Shown: positions 1 through 11,434 of the stretch, piece by piece
How positions within the stretch are numbered: the first letter of the stretch is position 1
Layout of the letters: each line of letters starts with the position of its first letter
Made by a program: the position numbers and the translations under genes
Origin: Psammoneis japonica
Taxonomy: Eukaryota
NCBI GenBank assembly: GCA_008632985.1
Contig: QPGO01000033.1
Coordinates: 62,001-126,000 of the forward strand
DNA: 64,000 nucleotides
Reading direction: 5' to 3'
The notes under the pieces: model-generated
The model's database searches: none
What the model saw: only the letters and a program-made list of their open reading frames with translations
Told to the model about the DNA's origin: nothing

Positions 1-420
1 AGTGCAATGCTGTTAAATAAAATTTTCAAATCTGACGAGGAAAAATGAAGAATTACTTATCGATTTGAACGAATCCGAACAATCAACATCAAAGGCATTT
101 AAATCCCATTTTTGAATATTTAAGAAGGTCATCAAAATATTTAGGGAATCAATCACGATCAGACTGGGCAATTGAATCTTCAATATCAAAACGGTTGAAT
201 TATCTGATTGGTTATCGTCCTTTTCTTGACATCTTGAAGGGCCCACTTGACACCTGACCATAAATACCAATTCCATTCTTAGTTCCGCGGAACACTGAAT
301 CTTCTACGGAGGAATTCCTACATATTTACGTAGGAGACGGCTCGCTGGAGTGCAGTGTTGTTGCACGTGACAGGGAACTCCCATAATTTCCTTCGCCAAC
401 AAACAACGGAAGAAACGACC

Positions 421-904
421 ATGTTGAACATGATGCATCTCCCCACCGCCGCAATCCGTATCGAAACCCGAGTCGCACCCCGTGCAGCTCATCCTCCTGT
501 CATTACACCCGACGACAGTAGCGAGAGCTGCTGCCTGCACTCATCGCGATCGATTCCTATCCAACATCAGTTGGATCGGACCGACTCGGAACTTCAACTC
601 CACGAAGATGAAGCAATGGCCGACTACAGAGACTACTGCATGTACCAGCGCATCGTCAGCGGTATGGTGAAGAGTCAGCAAGACAGAAGACAGAACATGA
701 ATCAGCTTCACTGGGGCATGACGCCAGCGGCGACCACCAATCCTCAGGACCCTCTGAACAGCATGATTCGCACACGGCATGAACAAGTTCCGAGCCAAGC
801 CTCATTTTCTACCCTCAACGATGATGGTATGACTTCTCTTACGAAATGAAGATGAAGATCAAGATGATAAGAACCAAGACGAGATGTTTGTCCTTGACAT
901 GTGA
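421..904 (+). CDS. Small hypothetical protein with acidic C-terminus; apparent 1-bp frameshift near 835-845
   Basis: ORF 355-849 with first ATG at 421 and motif RTDSELQLHEDEAMADYRDYCMYQRIVSGM. An alternative frame gives the acidic tail EDEDQDDKNQDEMFVLDM* ending at 904, which looks like the true C-terminus. Confidence 0.5.
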
Positions 905-1599
905 ACATCTTCACTGTACAAAAACTTGCCGCATCGACCTTTACTTGCTCGAACCTCACTCACTCGGAATATTCACCCAAAATTTTGTTAAAATAGATCA
1001 CGAAGCTAACTATAGTAACTCTTCTTAAGACGAAAGTGTTCCATTTTTAAAGAACAGACTAAATAGAATTATACTTCTCCTTCAAAAGGAGATGCGAGCA
1101 AAAGTCACACTACCCTCCGGCGGTTGACCAACGCCAATTCAGTCCTGCCTGCATCGAGCTGCCGATATGCATGGTACTCTGCGACACCATCATAGACTTG
1201 ACTTTAGTAAGGTAGCTTGGTCATAATAGAAATACTAATCTAAAGAGGAAGACGCAGTCAAATACTTCAGCTACAGTAGCTGTGAAGGATCAAGCGCGAC
1301 CGCGTTTCTTGGTTCTTGGTTTGCCTCTTGAAGAAGCCCAGGAATTCGCTTTTTCGTTCTATTTTACGTCACAGCTTCAAGTTACACGTACGAAGGACGG
1401 TCGTCAGTGTCCTGATGGCCACGAGTTTGCGTTGCGGGTGGAATTCGTACTAAACGTACACGATTCTACTGCAGATCATATTTATGTTCTAAGGTCATGA
1501 GGAAACGAAATACATTTTACTTCAAGTTAGTGACGTCATCATCTGTGCTGGGGCGGGATGCACCCACCATCGCGCGGACATCACGAAATGGGATGATTC

Positions 1600-4500
1600 A
1601 GGCTCGATCCAACACAAGATGGAAGTGCCCCCAAATCGTGCACCACAGGGCACTCAGCGGTGGAAATTACACAAGGTGGTGATCAGCACCAGCAACTTTG
1701 TGGGAAGTAAAGTGAAAGGCTGCTGCACCTGGCTTTGCTTCTTGTTGTGACTTGAAAAGCAGAGGGGGGTGCATCAGTCTCTGAATGATTGCTGCACCAC
1801 CTGACAGAGTTGCTTTTTGACCATGTTCAGAGCAAAAACAAGCCCCAAGCCAGAGGAGAGATCATGCGCTCCAGCCCCGGGCTTGGCTTTTTGTGACATG
1901 TCAGCCACAGAGTTCTGCACCCGAGCTCCTTGAAATTGTGTTGTCTGATGTCACCAGCTCTCATTGAACAAAAGACAGAAATGTGCACTTGTCCAAATTG
2001 AGCATTCCAGCCAAGCAAAGGTGTGTTTGCTGAAAAGTTGGTGCACAACATTGCTTGAAGCCAGAGCCCCCATGACTGGTCTTCTTTTACATGTGCTGAA
2101 CCTGCATGTCTGGCACATGAAAGGAGAAACTTTGCAGCAGCCAACAAGCAAACATGATGGTTGTTTGAATGGTGACCCCTCTTGCAGTGCACAAGATGCC
2201 ACGATGGCCAAACCATAAAAAAAGTGCTCACTCACTCAGCACACACTCAGCAGTGACCCGTTGTCTTCTTTGAGACCTTGTGGCTGCATTTTGATGATGC
2301 ACGATTCCGGATTCTGGGCTCCGGCTTCATCCAATCTTTCTGGCATTCTCGTGTGTTCCTTCTCTTGCCGTGCTCTCGAGCTGCTCGCTCAAGACTGGCA
2401 GCTCCCTGAGCCCCAAGCAAGATCCACTTCCTGAGGTCCAATCTCCTCCCTTGTTCTGCACTGCTGCTTGCTCTGCATCTGCTGAGCTCCCTCCCTCCAA
2501 GCACCCACGTCCTTCCACTGGCGTCTCCACTCATCCAGCTGAGGTCTCTGGTCAAGTGATGCAACCGAGTCAATGACTCCACTGCTCTCAAGCAGCCTCA
2601 CAATGGGATGTTGAGCTTTTGGAAGCTCTCAATGTCTTTGTTGCCACTCATTGCCCCATGCTGCTCACATCCCCGACTGGATGCTGCCACTCTGTGATGC
2701 TCCTGTTCTTGCTGCCACCCCCAACTTCAACTCCCTCCACGACATGGAACCTGCCCCCCCCCCCCCACCTGCTGCTCCTGCAAGCAGCCACCTCCACCTG
2801 AAGCAAGTGTCTGCCCAGTTCTTCAATGCCGCTGGTTTGCATGTCTGCAGACATTGCAATCATGGCCAACACACCTGCCTCTCTCTTGCACACCTCTGCA
2901 TCATTTGCAAAACAAGTGCTTTGCTCCTCGCACCACCCTCAACACCAACATTGTTGCCCCCACCCTCAGTGATGCTGGCAAATGGCACTCCTCCCTTCAG
3001 TGGCTTCACTCCCTTGTGCCCACTCCTCCTCCCTTCAAAGCACAAAGCACCCCCCCCCCAAAGCTCCCCTCCTCTGCTTGCAAAAAACTCTGCTTTGCTC
3101 TCCACCACATGGCTCAGTGGGTTTCACTCACCACTTCCCAACCCTTCTCTGTTTCCACTCATCTCAATCCTCCATTGCAACATGATCCTGCACACCCTTT
3201 TGGAAGCTTCTGCCACTCTTTGAGGCTCTCCTCCCAGCCTCTGGCCCTCTGCATTCCAATGTCAGCCTTGCAATGTGGCCTCCTGCCTTGCTCTCTTCTG
3301 CCATGGCTGCACCTGTCAGCTTTGTGAAGAAGATGATGCCTGCTCTCTCCTCTGCCAGCTCCTCCTCTCTTGACTTCTCTGCCTCCACCTGTTGACATTC
3401 TGCCCAACAAGGAGCCTGCACTGATGAAGATGGCTTTTGATCTGCCTGTTCCAAGCTTGCCTCTCATCAAATGCTTGCTCCCTGATGATCAATTTGGCAT
3501 CTGTGTTAAAGGTGGCCTTGACTGTCTCATCTGCTCTGCCCATGCCAACATTGAGCACTGCCTTTCCTCTGCTGCTGTCCCTGCCAAGCTCTTCCTGCTG
3601 CTCAACATTCACCTCTGCCCTGACTCTGCCTGGGATTTCTCCTTTGTTCAAGAAGAAGGCATTGCTCAAGGCTGACCCCTTGGTCCTGTCTCTGCCAGCC
3701 TTGTCCTCTTTTTCTTGTTCTCCACCCATGCAATCAAGAGCTCCTTCACCATCTCCCCAGCTGCTCTCCTGCTTCTGCTGGCCCTTGCATCAATGACACA
3801 CATTGCATCTTTCTCCCCCACTCTGCTCTTCCATGGTTCCTTGAGCACTTCTCCACTCTTGGTGCTCCTTGCAGCATCACTGTCAACTCTCAACCTTTGC
3901 AAACCAAGATTCTTGCCTCATCACCAGCATCAGCCCCATCTTCACTCTTCCTCCCTCTCAGGCTGACTCTCTTTGTGTTTTTTTCTCCCATCTCAATCCT
4001 GCAAATGACCCTTCCTGCACTCCAGAGCCCACCTCAGGCATCTGCTTCTTTGGTCAGCCCCTCAGCTCTCAAGACTTTGCCAACTCCTTCCTCTCTGCTG
4101 CTTTTTCTGCTCTCTCTGACAAAGTTGGCATGCTCCCACCTTGCCCTCACAACAAACAAACCCAAGAACAACTTTTTAAGCCCTGTTTCACTCCCTCCTC
4201 TGCTCACCTCCTTGGTGCTGATTTTTGTCATCACAACTTTGATCCCGGCAACCATCCCAACCCTTTTCTTTGGACACATGATGTTCCTTCCAGGACACTC
4301 CCCATTGGCTTCTTTGCTGTGTTGCCTCCCATGCCAACCCTCTGCCTCCTCACTCCCTTGCCATCACCTTTCTTCCTGCTTTGCTTGGTGGCTTTGGCCT
4401 TTGGGACCCGTTGGCCACTGCCATTCCTTCCTTCCCAGTTGCTCTCAAATGTGCCGCTGCCCTTGCCTCCACCTCCTCTTGTCCCTTTCTGCTTCTTCCT

Positions 4501-5990
4501 TGGCTGCTTTTGTCAAGTTTGCTGCTCTCCCTGGCCCGGCCCACCATCTCTGTCACAATCACCAGCAGCAAGTTGTTGCCAATGTTCCCTCTGATGTGCA
4601 GGTTTTCCTGCCCTCTCTCCTCCTGTCTTTGCCAACCAGCCTCCCCTCTTCACTCCTTCTCCCGCCACTTCCAGAGCTCCTGCCTTGCTTCTGATGACTG
4701 CATCATTGTGGCCCAGTGCAAACTCTGTCTCCCAAGAATTCCTCTTCCTTCCCTCACTGGCACACCCTGTTCCTGTGGTCACACCTTCCTCAACCCTTGT
4801 GGTGATTGTGCATTCTCTTGCCAGTGTGAGGCCACACAAATCAAGACTCTCTGATGGCCATGTGGCCCCCCTTGCTGAGCTCTGTTGTTCCTCCAATGAT
4901 GCTCACATTGAGCCTGCAAATCTGCTTGCCACCAGCCCGCTTCTCAGTCCAGCCAATGTTGGCATTTCTGTGCCACCTCCAGCTTCTCTTTCCAGTCCCT
5001 CCTGCCACCACTGCATTGCTGTTGATGTCACCATTCTCCAAGCTCCTTGCCCTCCTCCTGGTCTGCCTGCTCCCTTTTCTCCTTTTTTTTCACTTGGGCA
5101 CACCACTCAAGCACAAGACCAAAGTTTCTTGGACCTTCCAACTCTTCTCTGCTGATGGACCCCCTTGTTGTTGCTTCTCTGCTCAACAACAATGGCATCT
5201 TCCTTCTTCCCTTTGCCATTGATCACATTGGTGACCTTGTGGCTTCTTTTGCCATTGATTTCTCTTCAGCTCTTTGCTCTCCTCTGCCTGCTTCCAGCCC
5301 AAGCCTCTCCGGTCTTCCTCCTCTGACCTTTGCAGGCCACTCTGATGCTTTCCATTCTGCCTTTCTCTGCACCCTGACATCTCTGCTCACCCTTCTCTTT
5401 CTTCTGCTGATTTTGCCTGGAATTGCCTTTCCAGTGACTGTTTTGGCAGCATGCATCATTCTGCCTCTCCTTCCCAATGGGCCATCCAAACACTTGGCCA
5501 CAGCCTCGCTTGCTGTCTTTCCATGCATGCCCTTTGCTCTCCTGCTCCCTCTGCCAAATGTCCTGCAAGCTGCACTCTGCGCACCCTTCCTGCTCTTCTG
5601 CTGCTGCAGCTGCTTCTCTGTGCCTCCTTTTGCTGTTCCCTTTTGATCTCAACAGGCTTTTCAACTCTGTGCTTGGCTCAAAGTGGCCCCAAATTGTGTG
5701 CCACAGGGCATTTCAGAGGCAGAAAGCCAGGTCAAAGGGAGCCCCGCGTGTGGCGGCCGAGCTGCAAACCAAGATGCAGCTTGGAGACTGCTTTCTTGCT
5801 TCTCTGCTCTCTGCTCTGGAGCAGGACCCAGACAGCCAGCTGCTGCAGAGGAAACTGATGCATGCATTGCTTTGTGCCGCAGGGCCCAGCCCAGCTGTTC
5901 ACAGCCCCACAGCTGGATGGCTGGTCTGCCTGCCTGCGCCTGCCTGGGCGCCGCCTGCGCCTGCCTGGAGGATGGACGATCCATTGGCAC
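1600..5990 (+). mobile_element. Decayed repeat block containing a non-LTR retrotransposon (RT plus restriction-like endonuclease, CRE-like) at about 2600-5700
   Basis: Remnant motifs on + strand: LLPDDQFGICVKGGLD (~3480-3525), QEEGIAQG*PLGP (~3650-3690), CIND for YIDD (3786-3797), GICFFGQPL, zinc knuckle CSCG..LNPCGD..F.C (~4770-4825), PANVG...IAVDVTI and LLPFAIDH. Block is nearly devoid of TpA and CpG. Boundaries approximate. Confidence 0.7.
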
Positions 5991-6040
5991 ACCTTCCTAT
6001 GATTGATCAAAGCGGAGGGGGCGACGTCAGCAATGAGGAA

Positions 6041-6053
6041 GCACTTACGTCAT
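6041..6053. promoter_or_regulatory. GCACTTACGTCAT motif (TGACGT bZIP/aureochrome-type site on - strand) upstream of coiled-coil gene 1
   Basis: Identical 13-mer at 11142-11154 upstream of the paralog; further GACGTCA/TACGTCA copies at ~6023 and ~6279. Confidence 0.4.
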
Positions 6054-6305
6054 TGAAAAGTAGCCGGTGCCATGCTCGGCTCAGCATTTTTTATTCACAC
6101 TTGAAAGTATTTTATCATCGCTTCGGATCAAAGAAATCAAATCACCCGCGAAAACACATCATCAGCCATCACACACAACACACAACACAAAACGACCACA
6201 AAGAGAACAAAACGCACTTCACATCACTGCTATTACGCACTTTGTCGCACATAAGTAATCACCAGAGCATTACGTTGCTACGTCATTATCGTAATCCAAA
6301 GTAAA

Positions 6306-8205
6306 ATGAAGCTTTCTAACGGAAGAATGCGAGTGGCCATTGGCGTTTCTGCGTCGATGGCGCTTGTCACGCAAGCTTTTGTGGCACGGCCATTCGCGTC
6401 ACCTGGTTTTGTTTGTGATCGCTCGCCGTTGAAGCTTTCGAGCAACCCTTTCGTTGGATATCAGCCGCAAACTCGCACCGATGTTTCCAACGATCTTCCA
6501 AAGCTCGACAGGAATCCATTTGGTGGGTATCAACCATCGTCGCCCATGGAAGTTGTGTCCACAGAGTCGACCGCCGACCTTGCTAGCCTTGAGAAAGAGT
6601 ACGAAAACCTGAAGAAAGGATCAATGAGCATTCAGATTGAGCTGAGGGGCGAAATTGTTGATCTGAAGGAAGAACTGAGGTAAGCATTCCCGACCTACGT
6701 TTTACTTTTTTGCGGTGTTATCGACTGTTCCAATTTGATGGTGTGATATATGCTAACGTTCTCGCGCTTTTTTATCGTGCGATTCTAGAAAGCAATCTTC
6801 GTTTCTTAACTTGCAGATAGAGCAGTTAAACGATCAATTGAAGATTTCCGAATCAGAGTTAGACAGGACGAAGAGAAACTTTGATGCCGTTATAGCAGCA
6901 ACGGAGTCGAAGCTTAAGAAGGAAAACATGGATCTTGCCCGCCACCGAGACGAGCTTCTCGCTCAAGTACAAGATTTAGATGAATACAAAGACTATGTAG
7001 CCTTTGCAGAGAAGAAAGATGCTGAGCTCCGACAGATCATTGGGGAAATCAGGAAGGAACGAGACGAATTTCGAGCAAAGATAGAGTTGTTGGAAGAAAC
7101 CGAAAAGCTTCTTGCAGAAGCAGGAAAGAGAGAAGCAGAGCTTCGTAAGGAGCTGGAGGAAACTGCGAGGGCCCGTGATGAGGCTTTGAAGCAAACGAAG
7201 GATCTTCAGGCTATGGTAGAGGCCGAGAAGGCAGACTTCCGCAAGGTAAACGAGGCGATCATGGAAGAACGTAACGAGTTTCATGCTCAGCTCAAGATAC
7301 TGCAAGAGACAAAAGACATGCTTGCCGCTGCGAAGAAAAGAGAGACCGATCTTCTGCAACAAATTGAGAACGATAAGTCTGAGTCATTGCGGAAAACGAA
7401 TGAGCTTCAGGCTACGGTGGACAGGACGAAAGAAGAGTTCCGCATGGTCAACGAGGCCATAATCCAGGAACGCAGAGACTTTGAAACGCAACTAGAAGCA
7501 CTGCAAAAGACAAAAGATCTTCTTGCTGCATCCGTTAAGAAGGAAGAAGAGCTTCGTCAGCAAATGCAAAGAGACCAAGCTGAATCTTCGAAGCAGAGTG
7601 GTTACCTCAAGGCGGCTGCAGAAGCCACGAAGGAGGACTTCCGAAAGGTTAACGAGGCTATCATCCAGGAACGGAAAGAATTTGCTGTTCAGTTGGAGGC
7701 TCTCCAGAAAACGAAAGACCAGCTTGCATCTGCGGAGCAACGAGAAGTTGACCTTCAGCAGAAACTCCAGGCGATGGAACGTGAACGGGATCAGTCTCTG
7801 CAAGAGTCAAAAGAACTCCAGGCTACTGTGGAAGCAACAAGAGCAGAATTCCGACAGGTGAACGAGGCCATCATCAAGGAACGTCAAGAGTACCAACAGA
7901 AGATTCAGTTGCTGCAGAAGGCGAATGATGAGCTCACCAGTAAGGAAAAGAGAGAAGCAGAGCTCCGCAAGGAAATGGAAGGAGAGATAGGAGACCTCAA
8001 GGCTGCTGCTGAGAAACGGGATGCAGAGCTTCGTCGTTTGAATGATGAGATTGCTAAGGAACGCAGTGAGTTCCAAACTCAGGTACAGGCTTTGCACATG
8101 TCGAAGGATCTCTTGCGGCTTTCAGAAAAGAGAGAAACTGAGCTTCGCAGGGACATGATGGCTATGGCTAAGGAACGAAATGAGTTTTTGAAGTCCTTGG
8201 TATAG
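6306..8205 (+). CDS. Long coiled-coil repeat protein, probably plastid-targeted (paralog 1); intron 6680-6788
   Basis: ORFs 6306-6683 and 6811-8205 join in frame over a GT-AG intron. Signal peptide ends TQA-FVARP; GYQP repeats; 67-70 aa repeats containing (D/E)FRxVNEAIxxER. Confidence 0.8.
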
Positions 8206-8688
8206 TTAGATAGCGCCCTACCGATTCAACAACTGAGCTGGAATTATTCTGCTTTAGAGAGTTTCAGTTGCTTTGTCCGGCGCTTCGGAAATGAGGCGGT
8301 TCAAAGAACAAAGTACGCTTACATATATCAGACTGAACAACCATGATGTAGCAATAAGACTATGGATAGACAAAAACATCATATGGAACACAACTAGGTC
8401 TAGATTTCTCTAGCACTCTCATGTATCTTGTCGCTAAGTACAAAACGGGAGAGAAAATGGAGTCCCTTATCTCCGGAAGAGGATGGCATCTTGATTACGG
8501 TACTGTACTGTAGTGTTGAGCGAGACGCTTGCAGTCACCCTATTTTCTGTTTTTTCTTCTTGTGATGGAGAGACTCCTCTCAAGTCTTCAAACCGTATCC
8601 TGTCACATCATAGAGTGCACTTGCTCTGCCCGCATTAGATGTCGTTGACTTTATCCATCCGTTTCTAATCCCACGGAGCGCGGCAGCT

Positions 8689-10683
8689 TCATTTGGTGGC
8701 GGGTTTAACCTCCGCTGTTACAATCTTTTTGACAAAGCGTGTACTAAATTGCGCCAGTCGCAACATTTGAAACACAAAAAGAGCTTTCCAAACTCCTGCA
8801 AAATCGTTGCAGGCAAACTTGAGTTGAGCAATCAGTAAACCCATGATAATCGAGAAGGTCCCGACAAGAAATGAAAAGTCTCTTGTCGCCACCAGCGAGC
8901 CCTCGAAAAACATAATGAAAGGGTGGAATAATAGTGACAAAACAAAGAATCCGGTGTGGTCTCCCATGAGCTTGATAATTGCGGGATCCTTTGTAAAAGA
9001 GGAACCGCAATTTCTCATTATCCAACCTGCAATAACTGAAATGACCACGCCAATCACAGACGACACGGTCCCCAGTTTCAGGAGTAGATTGTGCATGTCG
9101 ACCTGACTGTTATCTTCTTGTTGTTCATCATTGTGGTAAACCACTTTCGGTACAAATGTCTGAGAAGATTGGCTGATACTGTCGCCAAAGGTAGCAAAAA
9201 AGTAAAAGAGGCGCATCATGATGTTGTGGGTTGCCAAGGATACGACCCCGAAATCGGTCGCGCGTAGCGTCATGGCACTGTAACAAACGACTTTTCCGAC
9301 AATAACAAAGCAAATGGGACCTGATAGCTTGATCAGTTTGATAAGGGCCTTGTAATCAGGAAAGGATATGAGCGGAATGTCTTGAACAGAATTGCTCGCT
9401 TCTTTTGTTCGCTTATTCGATCCGTTCACAGTGGTACCTTTCTCTCCTACGCCTTCTTTGCTACTACCGGTATGCATGTGCTCGGGGCCATCGCTGTCGT
9501 GTAGAGAAACGCCATCCACAGGGCCAAGAGTACTGTTTGAAGCTAGACTTTCTTTGCCGGTACCCTGTTCAGATGTTTCGTTATCAATGGCAACTGTTTG
9601 GTTGCTAGATCCCACTTCCGCTGTATCATTCTTTGCATCCTCTACTTCCAACCGCGTATGGAGTTTCAACCCCAACTCTTCTTGTTCTTGTCTTTTCCAG
9701 TCTCTCATTTTCTTCTTTACTTCTCGCAGCAAGACAAGACTAGATGCCACGGATGCCACGGCCGTGGCAACTGCCGCGCCTTGTATTCCCATGCCAAACT
9801 TTGTCACGAGCAGTACATCTCCAACGATATTCACTACCGATGCCACAATAATCGCCACTACCGGTGTCGTCATGTCCAAACAAGCCAAACAAATGGACTG
9901 GGCCACCAAATACATAATGACAAAGGGCGCCACCAGTGATCGAATCTTGGAATAGGAAAAGGCTGCTTCGAGCAATTGTTCCGAAGAGGAGGATCCTGCT
10001 GTCCAGGATGCGAGCAACGGTTTACCCAAGGCAAAGACAACCGCAGTCACAATGGAACCCAGGACCGACGCTACGCCCAACACATGAGACGAATGTCGTC
10101 GAAGAGCTGGTAAATCGCGCTTGGCGAGCGACTTGGCCATCACGTTGGTCGTGGCAATGGCTAAAAAGTAGGTAATGTATATCCCAGAATCAATCAGCAT
10201 GGTGGCGGGTCCCAATGCTGCAAGCTCAATAAGGGTGTTGTGTGCACTCGTTGACGTGGACCGTCCAACGACTGTCGTGTCTACCAATGATAGCAGCGGT
10301 TCAGAGAGCCAGATAAGAACGGTAGTTCCAGCAAAGATGAGCAACTTTCGATAAGACGGGACCACGGATGATGGAGCAGACTTGGTTTGAGTCGTAGTAG
10401 TTTCGCCCAGACTCGTCATAGAATCAACAGAGGAGGAGGGATCTGGTGATGATGATGCTGTATCTGTGACTGACATGTACTTTTGTTTCAAAGATGGTTT
10501 TCGATGCCTGACAACTTGTCTGTTGTTGCTCGGGAATGAGGATATGCATCGCGTTGTTCTCGGCGATTGCACACAACCTTGTCCTCTATTTTTTGTTGAA
10601 AACGGAAGAGAGAGTGAAAGCGAGCCGCCGAGCCCGCATACAAGAACCGTCAGCACGAGAAACGACCTCATAATTATTGACAT
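8689..10683 (-). CDS. MATE family transporter (DinF/EDS5-like) with N-terminal targeting extension
   Basis: 664-aa ORF with WLSEPLLSLVDTTVVG, ELAALGPAT, NIVGDVLLV..GMGIQGAAVATA, GDSISQSSQTF and many TM segments. Confidence 0.88.
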   Translation of the reverse strand: MSIIMRSFLVLTVLVCGLGGSLSLSLPFSTKNRGQGCVQSPRTTRCISSFPSNNRQVVRHRKPSLKQKYMSVTDTASSSPDPSSSVDSMTSLGETTTTQTKSAPSSVVPSYRKLLIFAGTTVLIWLSEPLLSLVDTTVVGRSTSTSAHNTLIELAALGPATMLIDSGIYITYFLAIATTNVMAKSLAKRDLPALRRHSSHVLGVASVLGSIVTAVVFALGKPLLASWTAGSSSSEQLLEAAFSYSKIRSLVAPFVIMYLVAQSICLACLDMTTPVVAIIVASVVNIVGDVLLVTKFGMGIQGAAVATAVASVASSLVLLREVKKKMRDWKRQEQEELGLKLHTRLEVEDAKNDTAEVGSSNQTVAIDNETSEQGTGKESLASNSTLGPVDGVSLHDSDGPEHMHTGSSKEGVGEKGTTVNGSNKRTKEASNSVQDIPLISFPDYKALIKLIKLSGPICFVIVGKVVCYSAMTLRATDFGVVSLATHNIMMRLFYFFATFGDSISQSSQTFVPKVVYHNDEQQEDNSQVDMHNLLLKLGTVSSVIGVVISVIAGWIMRNCGSSFTKDPAIIKLMGDHTGFFVLSLLFHPFIMFFEGSLVATRDFSFLVGTFSIIMGLLIAQLKFACNDFAGVWKALFVFQMLRLAQFSTRFVKKIVTAEVKPATK

Positions 10684-11141
10684 CTTTCTCGGAAAGCAGC
10701 TGTCTCTGACTTTGCCTTTTGTTTCAGGAGTTTCTTAGCGGAAGATATGCGGCAGTTTGAACTTCCAGTGCCAGAGAAAGCGAAATAAGATCCGATTCTT
10801 GTGAACTATGATATCTGACCGGCTCTGGACGATACTTTTTATTGATATGTGAGTGTTTTACAAAGGGGCAGCGGTAGCGATCAAAGCGTGAAGGTCATCG
10901 TTGACAATTTTTTTGTGTTTTTGTGGCCGATGATGCACATCCACGCGCGATTCAACCGCGCGTAAGATTTCTTGAGTCGAGGGATTCGTCTCAAAGATAC
11001 GTTAGGAAATGCTGACGCAGGCGTTGGACAACTTGAGAATTCAAATCTAACGGTCGCTTCACTCCACGCTCGTACGTTGCTTACAGTACTTTTTCTACGA
11101 AGAGTTCATCGCAAAATAACGACAACAAAACGCACTTAATT

Positions 11142-11154
11142 GCACTTACGTCAT
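11142..11154. promoter_or_regulatory. GCACTTACGTCAT motif upstream of coiled-coil gene 2
   Basis: Identical to 6041-6053; additional GACGTCA at ~11169. Confidence 0.4.
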
Positions 11155-11434
11155 CATTAGGACACGGAGACGTCATGGTACAAGCAACGTAGAAATCTAC
11201 GAAGATCTGATCGCCAAGAACAAACAGCGAAACATCCGTCAGCCAACGAGAAGAAGTGAACGATCAACGATCAATCCATCACGTTGTGTTTTGTATTATC
11301 GCTCCTGTTCTTTTCCAATCGCCTCTGTTTGTCGGTACCATCGTGTCTCTTATCACGCATTGACTCAAGGAAGGACCTAGTTTCGTTATTGATATCGAGT
11401 GGCAACTTTTTTCAGAAGAGTTTTGTTCAAGAAA

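Noticed and set aside
1..290. AT-rich segment at the window start
   Set aside because: Truncated by the window edge; no identifiable coding or terminal-repeat features.
5925..5970. GCCTGC-based short repeat at the edge of the first repeat block
   Set aside because: Low-complexity; no spacer structure, so not CRISPR-like.
1600..5990. Classical fungal RIP or CpG methylation alone as the explanation
   Set aside because: RIP increases TpA and CpG decay does not remove it; here TpA is the depleted dinucleotide.
1827..6010. Dense overlapping ORFs on all six frames as novel Cys/His/Leu-rich genes (also 27.4-28.4, 38.9-42.4 and 48.9-51.5 kb)
   Set aside because: TAA and TAG stops are removed by TpA depletion; the ORFs are Tyr-free by-products of decayed repeats.
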